DNA of 34,429 nucleotides from an uncultured Lentimicrobiaceae bacterium (GTDB lineage Bacteria; Bacteroidota; Bacteroidia; Bacteroidales; 4484-276): NCBI GenBank assembly GCA_964490385.1, contig CAZBDF010000002.1, positions 1 to 34,429 of the forward strand, read 5' to 3'. Shown piece by piece: positions 19,101 to 26,000 of this stretch (position 1 is its first letter; each line of letters starts with the position of its first letter). The notes under the pieces were generated by a model. It saw only the letters and a program-made list of their open reading frames with translations, ran no database searches and was not told where the DNA came from. The position numbers and the translations under genes were made by a program.

Positions 19101-20703
19101 CCCGATGGGCGGCAAATTCCTATTGAAAAAGGCGGATGGTGATGCTTTTGAGCCAAATATCGAAATAACAACTGAGCCCGAAAGTAATAATATACCATCA
19201 AGCTATAAGCTAATTAACACAAATTTAAATCCATTACCACACGGCCAATACACTTTGTCTTACTATCTGCCATTTTGTGGAAAGGTAGCAAGTGAGGATA
19301 AATTTGATGTTTTATGTAATCCATCGATCATCCTCAAACGATACGTTTTCTGCTCCAACGACAAGCATCGTTATCCCATCTACCTGCATCCGGCCAATGG
19401 AACACTGCTTGCGGAGCCAAATCTTGGATTGATTAAGGATAGTGATCAATATTTCTTTGAACCTTCACAGGTAACAATTTTTGAAGATGATCAAATAGCT
19501 ATAATTGAACTAAGTTGCGATCCACCCAATGGAGAAAAAGTTACCCAAACACTTACCGTATATAAGGTTCCAAATGAAATTGAAATAATTGATTCGAAAC
19601 CTGTTTATAACGCGGGTAAGCTTTGCGAGGGAGGCTACTTGTATCGCTTTAAAGCTGGTGATGGCAGGGCCGACCGTTATGAGTGGCAGGTTAATGATGA
19701 AACAAAAGCAGTATATGAACACAACGCGGCCTTTGAATATATCTTTCCATTAAGCAAAGCAATTGTTGTTAAACTTATTGTTGAAGCTACAACCGAAACA
19801 GGCGATCCAAAGAATCCAAAAGACCAAACCCTGACGTGCCGCAACGAAATCATCCATGACATCAAGGATCTCTGTCCAACGGAAACCCTTTCGATTGTCG
19901 TAGAAAATTATGGTGATGAACACGGACAGTATCTCATAGAAGTATCTCCACCTGGTGGTAGTTTCTCATTGGTACTCGTGGAATCAGGATTTGTCATCAA
20001 AGATCTACCTCTTACTATGTCTGGTCAAGCATCATGTGAAGATGCAAAATTCCTTTTACGAGTTTGGGATATTGAGGAGTTCAATAAACTTAAAGTAAGT
20101 GTATTTAAAATAGTCTATTCATTTCCTAAATGTGATCTTTTTGTTGAATCTGATTTCATATTTTTAGATGAACCAGGTGAAAGCAGGATTTTAGAAACAA
20201 GAGGCCCCTCGGAAAATCCAGCAACTAACCCGGGCTTAATTCCTGAGAAAAGTGAAGATTTGACACAATTATTAAACATCCGGTTTGCTGCCAACCAGGC
20301 CACAATTGAAGAACTTGAAAAGGATTCCTCCCTTGCAAAAACAAAAACCTTCGGCATGGCAAAGATGTTTAGCCTGTTTGCCGGCGATACACGGGAAATG
20401 AACAAACGCTTTGCAACGGCATCAGGTCTTTTAATGGTCAGTCTTAAGAAAGCCACAGGAGACAGAAAAAGTCAGTATGAAAAATTATTGGAGGCTATTA
20501 CATATAAATACCTGGATAAGGTAGTGACTTCAAGTCCTGAAAAACTGACAGACGAGGTTCGGGAATTGCTTGAAGATCTCAATAGCAAAATGGAGGCTGC
20601 AGGGATCAAGAAGAAAAGGATGGTAAAGAATTGGAAAGCGGAAGACCTTAAAAAGGTACTGAAGACTTCATCGGCCAATGCAATCAAAAACATCTTTAAA
20701 TAA
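16123..20703 (+). CDS. Large (1526 aa) eCIS-associated structural protein of unknown family with duplicated Ig-like cassettes; putative peripheral baseplate or receptor-binding component.
   Basis: It is co-oriented with the upstream gene and lies 16 nt after it. The N-terminal ~770 aa are of unknown family and end in VVGDFCLPYRCCN. Two tandem ~280-aa three-module cassettes follow, each with an FCSND... module, a W.V(D/N).E module and a VSP.GG.F module. The last ~230 aa are helical. Confidence 0.45.
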   Translation: MSAYTQTAYPFFRKGQVLKNTDLNNMVDYLDQHNRFTRVLVVGSGIFSGLEVDLVLEGSEYTIKVSQGFGLSSDGFIIQLKKEVPNIPFEFTHYRKLTLSDNDFKCKKPDGPDLPEPVSFDAYELLEDIDENADTTGVAPLYSLPENLETNTHFCLVLWVSREEKDRPYCIDICDESGADLNFTIKPLLVPSDIFNTADQNGSGESTANGFIAPPQVKLRPFGYQVSSVNNPITGSQEDISVVNPSLVEDHNDFLENYKSIIHKLINQEYTISDAYDWAYKHMQWLGLEGDENPFADLKANLNSLLETFSAPLINEDGSSQNIEIQYLYSYLHDLLGAYEEFVKMACSLQTAVLPLVCKHVRYVGLAGFAVDVEGRAINEEDSNCRTAFQSSLFYEGNNSRIQETEFYFKRMVKLATDLTMVDLPLTKAAPEDIANIIVTPGRTPSLPLSKQAFPYYYNNDSKKYWSYHTKMDCFDPKILGYRDHTIDTLFTENNPLLQHDDEFTFYRVEGHVGKQADEVYDAMNFWVNQFNLPFDVQFVNLLSFDNDLIGYYAPELEILQSKYSQVKTDLIGYLMENDFPVPGEDVLPEKLEYFLCKALSQWLNSLNNFDVPLNVDCFIAAFWALQLHFEMESETFRYVNSFHEFALQHPGLLHKGGAPAGGTLVIVNAVVPNAFARDLVIQLEKEKRSGSTSGNQSSVKIIPDESIRAPQGSKPLGDPGGRGSFKSPPTKDPDARSFTGLEKRFREMLSENATQVVVGDFCLPYRCCNSLKTPEPMIYLLPDEFCSNDEKIYEIWTYPRGGTIRGVVNGEIPDTGDLPDYISFDDAQRKYFFHPVQVPLSNEISAEVVITYHIGSLTAKSKLMVYNKPGLPEMNVGENVPIYDSQSVLHAQEITFTIENNNDSYASYWMVDGERVEPLAGTPANILKKTFYYHNKTQYVVSHVFGNGICETKTDEIINLCEMVDTVTISIGGEKTFTENPQEDESLDLDVSPMGGKFLLKKADGDAFEPNIEITTEPESNNIPSSYKLINTNLNPLPHGQYTLSYYLPFCGKVASEDKFDVLCNPSIILKRYVFCSNDKHRYPIYLHPANGTLLAEPNLGLIKDSDQYFFEPSQVTIFEDDQIAIIELSCDPPNGEKVTQTLTVYKVPNEIEIIDSKPVYNAGKLCEGGYLYRFKAGDGRADRYEWQVNDETKAVYEHNAAFEYIFPLSKAIVVKLIVEATTETGDPKNPKDQTLTCRNEIIHDIKDLCPTETLSIVVENYGDEHGQYLIEVSPPGGSFSLVLVESGFVIKDLPLTMSGQASCEDAKFLLRVWDIEEFNKLKVSVFKIVYSFPKCDLFVESDFIFLDEPGESRILETRGPSENPATNPGLIPEKSEDLTQLLNIRFAANQATIEELEKDSSLAKTKTFGMAKMFSLFAGDTREMNKRFATASGLLMVSLKKATGDRKSQYEKLLEAITYKYLDKVVTSSPEKLTDEVRELLEDLNSKMEAAGIKKKRMVKNWKAEDLKKVLKTSSANAIKNIFK

Positions 20704-20724
20704 TGACTTTCAAACTCCAGCAAA

Positions 20725-22584
20725 GTGTCAAGTAAAAATCTTCATATCATCGAAAAACAATTCGTGGAGATCAAGCTTCCTGAAGGAGTTGATGGGAATA
20801 AATGGTTAGAAAAAATCAGCACTTTTTGTCACCAACATCTCCACACAACATTGGAAAAGTTGTTCGATCGATACGGCAACACTAAAGAGTTGATACAAAT
20901 TGATAAGTTGGCAATTGATCTTGGTAAGCTGAACAATAACATGCCGGATGATGAGCTGGCTATTTCAATCGCCAATCGTTTAGAAGAACAACTCTATAGT
21001 TTAATTGCTTTGAAAAATAACTACCTGAATGGCGAACAGGTTCAAATTACACGGCGGCCTGTTCAGGAGGAGATATTTAACCAATGGTTGTATTACCTGG
21101 AATATGGTATCCTGCCCCTTCAGGCTGGGCATTTGTCTGAGGATAAACTCCGGCAGAAAATACTGACTTCCCTGGCAAGTAATTCAATTGCTGTCGAAAA
21201 GTTACAATCACTTTTATCCGGCAAACCAACTTCTGTTGACAGATTAGCCTTACAACAAAGCGATCATTTTCTGCAATTAATGCTCGAAGCCTGTACAGCA
21301 AAAAAACAGGAGTTTTTGATACAGTTATTGGAAGACCTGGAAAAATTGGAAAAAAGATGGGCTGAAAAAACACCTCGTGTTGCTCGCGAGAAAAGAGGCC
21401 AGGCTTCTATCCCTAAATCGCGTGTACGTTTCTGGAAAGAAATTATCACACTTTACATGACTGGCAAGATCAAGGTCATTAAAAGTGAACAACTTGGTGA
21501 TCTGGTTTTAAAAATATTTCCGGTCGGTGATAATGATTACATGAGAGAATTCATAAAACGAGACCTTGCAAACAATAACAGGTTTTACCCTGTTTTAGGA
21601 AAAGCGAAAGCAGAAATACTAAAAGAGATCAGTAAAATCATAGTAAAGGATCGAAAAAGTATCAGTGCTTTAGGTGGTTCAAAGGCTACAGATAAAACAT
21701 CAAAAGACAGGAGAAATAAAAAAGACACGGACACACAGGCTACCCCTGTTAGTGAAAATATAGCTGTGAAGCCTGAAGCAGGAGAAACAAAACAGCGGCA
21801 AGAAAGCGGTGATAAAGTTTTTGAAATAAAGGACCAGGAAAAGTATTCAAAAGATTTAGATAAAAAGGATGATGGCAGTTTGCCTTTGAAAATTTCCGGG
21901 GAGAATGACTTTTCAAAAACCACAGTATCCTCTGATGTTGCTGCTAAAAGTGAAAAGAAACCGGAATTTGACGAAGAAGAAAAATCCTTTTTGAATGATG
22001 AATCGTTATCTGATTTTGTAAAAGAAGATGAATATTTTCAGGACGATACTTCATTTACCAGTTTAATTAAAGAGGGAGAAGGTATCTATATCCATAATGC
22101 CGGGCTTGTTTTATTGCATCCATTTTTTACAAACTTTTTCCGAAAATTAAAACTGCTTCACAACAACGATTTCATCGATAACACTTCCCGGCATCATGCT
22201 GTTCACCTGATCCAGTATATGGCCACGGGAAAAACTGAACTGCCCGAGTACGAGATGCTGTTGGCAAAGCTGATTTGTGGGCTACAGGCTGAAGATCCAA
22301 TTGCCCGGTTTATAGCACTTGATGAGATAGAAATGAATGAGGTTGAGGTGATGCTGCAGGCCGCAATTGAGCATTGGGGAACTTTGGGAAAAACCTCATC
22401 TGATGGTTTACGCGAGGGATTCCTACAACGGGATGGCAAACTGGAGAAGCACCCGAGCGGTTGGCACCTGATGGTTGAACAAAAATCCATGGATATCCTG
22501 CTTGACAGCTTACCTAACGGCTGGGGACTAAGTACAATAAAACTACCCTGGATGAAAGATATAATGTCTGTAAAATGGCGATAA
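20725..22584 (+). CDS. Contractile injection system tape-measure-like protein (Cis14-like).
   Basis: GTG start. The N-terminus HIIEKQFVEIKLPEG...LFDRYGNTKELIQIDKLAIDLGKL and the C-terminus GIYIHNAGLVLLHPFFTNFFRKLKLL...AVHLIQYMATGKTELPEYEMLLAKLICGL match my recollection of the conserved ends of eCIS tape-measure proteins. The centre is K/D/E/S-rich and low in complexity. Confidence 0.6.
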   Translation: MSSKNLHIIEKQFVEIKLPEGVDGNKWLEKISTFCHQHLHTTLEKLFDRYGNTKELIQIDKLAIDLGKLNNNMPDDELAISIANRLEEQLYSLIALKNNYLNGEQVQITRRPVQEEIFNQWLYYLEYGILPLQAGHLSEDKLRQKILTSLASNSIAVEKLQSLLSGKPTSVDRLALQQSDHFLQLMLEACTAKKQEFLIQLLEDLEKLEKRWAEKTPRVAREKRGQASIPKSRVRFWKEIITLYMTGKIKVIKSEQLGDLVLKIFPVGDNDYMREFIKRDLANNNRFYPVLGKAKAEILKEISKIIVKDRKSISALGGSKATDKTSKDRRNKKDTDTQATPVSENIAVKPEAGETKQRQESGDKVFEIKDQEKYSKDLDKKDDGSLPLKISGENDFSKTTVSSDVAAKSEKKPEFDEEEKSFLNDESLSDFVKEDEYFQDDTSFTSLIKEGEGIYIHNAGLVLLHPFFTNFFRKLKLLHNNDFIDNTSRHHAVHLIQYMATGKTELPEYEMLLAKLICGLQAEDPIARFIALDEIEMNEVEVMLQAAIEHWGTLGKTSSDGLREGFLQRDGKLEKHPSGWHLMVEQKSMDILLDSLPNGWGLSTIKLPWMKDIMSVKWR

Positions 22585-22656
22585 TGCTAAATGAAGTTCT
22601 ACTGTTATTTTAGTTAGAAGTAATAACAAATATGTGCTAATTGTTATTAATGGTTT

Positions 22657-22690
22657 GATGACCGGTGACCGATGTCCGATGTCCGATGTT
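22657..22690. repeat. Short tandem microrepeat (GACCGGT GACCGAT GTCCGAT GTCCGAT GTT).
   Basis: Directly visible 7-nt periodic repeat, 73 nt after the tape-measure-like gene stop. A near-complement CATCCGACA lies at 22734-22742 (8 of 9 pairs with TGTCCGATG). Confidence 0.7.
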
Positions 22691-22761
22691 ACTATATGGT
22701 CAAATAACGGAATTTCTGAAATTTACACATTCGTCATCCGACACCTGACAATTAACATATG

Positions 22762-22823
22762 TCAGTATGGAATAAATATTTGTTTTAAAACCATCCATTA
22801 AATTCGTTGTGGAACCTTAAATG
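22762..22823 (+). promoter_or_regulatory. Copy B of the ~60-bp conserved element; candidate promoter for the effector/ParA/ATPase block.
   Basis: Matches window positions 1-46 at 44/46 nt. TTTG at 22779-22782 is followed by 16 nt and then TAAATTCG at 22799-22806, giving the -33/-7 architecture with one mismatch to TAnnTTTG. Confidence 0.4.
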
Positions 22824-22830
22824 AATCTGG

Positions 22831-22966
22831 TGTCATTTCAATATTCCAATTTCGGGCTAATATAGGACGTTTCAATGTCCGAAAGCCGGCGGACGATTGA
22901 AAACCAGGGATTTGACTTAGAAACGTGCGTAGCACTTTCAAACGTCAGACTACCTTTGAAATGACA
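22831..22966 (+). promoter_or_regulatory. Putative structured 5' leader closed by an 11-bp helix; alternatively a cluster of TTTCAA/TTGAAA operator-like sites.
   Basis: Nested complementary segments:
- TGTCATTTCAA (22831-22841) with TTGAAATGACA (22956-22966)
- GACGTTT (22866-22872) with AAACGTC (22940-22946)
- GTCCG (22877-22881) with CGGAC (22890-22894)
- GAAACGTGC (22920-22928) with GCACTTTC (22932-22939), one bulge

TTTCAA or its complement occurs five times in this span. Confidence 0.3.
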
Positions 22967-23006
22967 ATAGTGAAATGTTAAACGTTTTTTGATATCAGGC
23001 ACGCGT

Positions 23007-23046
23007 AACTTTTAAACGGCTTTAAACCGATTAAAAGTTTTTTTTA
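23007..23046 (+). terminator. Intrinsic-terminator-like hairpin with a T-run, 7 nt upstream of the effector gene ATG; candidate attenuator.
   Basis: AACTTTTAAACGG (23007-23019), loop CTTTAAA, CCGATTAAAAGTT (23027-23039). This gives 12 of 13 pairs with one A.A mismatch. TTTTTTATT follows, and the ATG is at 23053. The stem is AT-rich with only 4 G-C pairs, so its stability is uncertain. Confidence 0.4.
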
Positions 23047-23052
23047 TTCCTA

Positions 23053-26000
23053 ATGAAAACCACCGAAACTAAAACATCTTCTGCCCTTCATCATAAAACG
23101 GGGCCTGAATTGTTTTTCAAAAAGAACAACTCTAACGATTTCTTTACAGGAAAAGGTATGCCTGTAAATACAGAAAGCTTCTTTCCAAATACCATACAGT
23201 CGAAGCTAAAAATAGGCCGGCCCAATGATAAATATGAGAAGGAAGCCGATGCTATGGCCGATAGCGTTGTACAAAAGTTAAGTAATCCCGGATCGGTACC
23301 ACCAAAAGAAGCATTGGAGAATGAATCAATTCAAACCAAAACAGAAAAGGAAGAGAAGAACATACAACGCAAACCGGTCTTTGAAAGTGATAATGACACT
23401 CATGAATTCGGAATTCAAAAAAAATCAGATAGTTTATCTACAACTCCGGTATTCCAACAGCAGGAATCCGCTGAAGAGGAAGGCCTTCAGGAGATGGAGG
23501 AAGAACAGGAGCCAGAAACTTTACAGCGTACACCAATATTTGAAAGCGAGACAACTCCCGAAGTACAGGCCAAATCAGATCATTCGGGAACCTATGCCAA
23601 AGGTAAGCTTGAAAGCGGGTTAAACTCCAGCAAGGGCAAGGGCTCAGCCCTTGCTGAAAACACACGCGCTTTAATGGAACCTGCTTTCAATTCAGATTTC
23701 AGCGCTGTCCGGGTACATACCGATAGTTCTGCAGTTCAAATGAACAAAGAATTGGGCGCACAGGCATTTACACATGGTTCGGATATTTATTTCAATGAAG
23801 GGAAATATGATACCGGTAGTTCTGATGGCCAAAAGTTATTGGCGCATGAATTGACACATGTAGTACAACAAAACGGCAGCATTCAGCGTGCAAGCTCAAG
23901 TGTTAAACCCCCTACTCAGGATAATGATAAATCGACATATTTTTATGAAGACAAAAAGAAAGGTATTTCTATAGATACAAGTAAGAATAACATAACTATA
24001 CCCTATTTAAAGGTACCTGCATTTAAACTGAAATTTGGTCCAACTGGTGGATTTACTTTATTACCCAAAGAGAGCCCTGAAATAAAAAACGAGGAGGGCG
24101 GGATCGCAACTGACGATTTCACTTCACCCGGAAGGAGTAATAATCAAATAAGTATTTGGCAGAAAGAACTACAGAATTCAGATGCAAACAATTTTAAAGA
24201 AAAACTCGATAAGAAAGCCGCAAATGAAAAAGACCCTAAAATCTTTGATAAAAGTGGTCAGCGTATTTATTATTTTCAACTAAAAAAAGCAGGGAGCACG
24301 AGTAAAGGGCTCATTTTTGGTGCGATCACAGAAATACGCCAGCGATTATTCCGACCATTTTGGGATAGCTCTGGTAAATATGTGAAAGGTGGTTATCATG
24401 TTGATCACAAACAGGAATTGCAGCTTGGTGGCCCAAACACGATTAGCAATATGTGGCTATTGGAAGCTTCTTCAAATACTTCCTCAGGCTCGAAAATTAA
24501 GGCGGAAAGAGTACACAAAATAAACCAAGTAATAAATAAGGCTAAAACGGCAAACATATCTAACCTGCCAAGTATAGAAAAAGCAAGAAAAGAATATACC
24601 TTGACCCTTACTAAAGGTTTGAAAAAAGGCTTGGTTGTGAAAGGCAAAAGGAAAACCTGGGGCATTGAAAAAGTAAAAGCAGGCAAGCAACTCGACGGAC
24701 TGAAAGCCTTGAAAGAAAAAGAGATTGCCAATCTGAGGTTACGCGGAACTGCAAAAATGCTGGCAATTTATAGCGGAAGAATGGGAGGGATAAGGAAAGA
24801 TATACCTTGGGACGATGCTGCAGCCATGTCGAAGAAAAAGATATTAAATAAGAAAATATATATTGGAAGAACAGCTTCAGGGACTACACTTATAAAAGAA
24901 GTTCATTATGATTCAGCATCAAATTCTGATGGAAAACTTGTCTGTTCTGTTGACTTCAACAAAGGTAAGCAGAAAAAATATGGCGTTAATGCCCTAGAGA
25001 ATGCGGTATTCACTTTGAAGCGATCAGATGCTTTACAGTACGGGGGTTATATTTACAAGCCAAGTATTGCCCACGCTTTAAAAGAAGCTATTCGTTTTAA
25101 AGGTTTAAGCCCGGTCGAAATACATCAGGTAAACCTGGATCCTAATACGGGCATTTCAGCTATCGGAAAAATCAAGCCCACTATTCCATTTCTAGGCAAT
25201 GCTGATATTGACATTATCCTGAATAATACAGGTATAAGTGTCAGGAAAACTTTTGGTGCAAATGAAATTAAATTACCCGATCCTTTTAAAATTGACAATA
25301 CGAATCTGGAAATTACAATAGGAACACAAAATTTTAATGCAAATGGTAACATAAATTTTAGTATTAAAAACGTGGGTGAAGGATCTGTAAAGGCCAATGT
25401 AAATAGCAACGGGAACATCAAGTTAAAAGGAAATTTTGACCTTGCTTCTGAACTTTTTGATAAATCAAGGATAAGTTTCAAATATGAGCGTACGAATGAA
25501 GGTGAAGACAATTATTCCATTGGGGGTAAAATCAGTTTAGCCACTGGAAAAGTTAAAGGTTTGAAAAAAGCAGAGGCTGATGTTCAATATGATGACGGAG
25601 TACTTTCCGCAAAAGGAATGGCTCAACCAGATATAAAAGGGTTTAAAGAGATAGAAATGTTTCTAAAGGTCGAAAAAGAAGGCTATACCTTTGGTGGTAA
25701 AACTGACCTCGTAGGAATTGTACCGCGAATTAAAAAAGGGGTGCTTGAACTAACTGTTGGCAAAAGCGGCGATACAAATGGATTCCAAATTTCCGGTGGT
25801 GGCTCAGTAGAACCTGATATTCCTGGACTAAAAGGCGGCACCAGCATTACCATCAATTATAAAAATGGTGCCATTTTAATTAAAGGAAAAGTTCCTTTTG
25901 CATTTGATAAAGCCAGTGCTGAAGGAGAAATAAATGTCGGCATAACCAACCGGGTGGTGGATGAAAACAAGCAGGCAACAGACGAAATTTCAGATGAATG

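Noticed and set aside
22621-22649. TAATAACAA-N11-TTGTTATTA perfect 9-bp inverted repeat as the terminator of the tape-measure-like gene.
   Set aside because: The stem is entirely A/T and is not followed by a T-tract, so the evidence for an intrinsic terminator is weak. It is real as an inverted repeat only.
22831-22966. Assigning the structured leader to a known riboswitch class such as c-di-GMP-I.
   Set aside because: There is only a superficial resemblance (a CGAAAGCC-like segment). The conserved cores I remember for known classes do not align.
23641-23872. Calling the DUF4157 HELTH (HExxH) motif an active zinc metalloprotease.
   Set aside because: The motif is visible, but I know of no established catalytic activity for DUF4157. 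The third ligand and Met-turn cannot be judged by eye.
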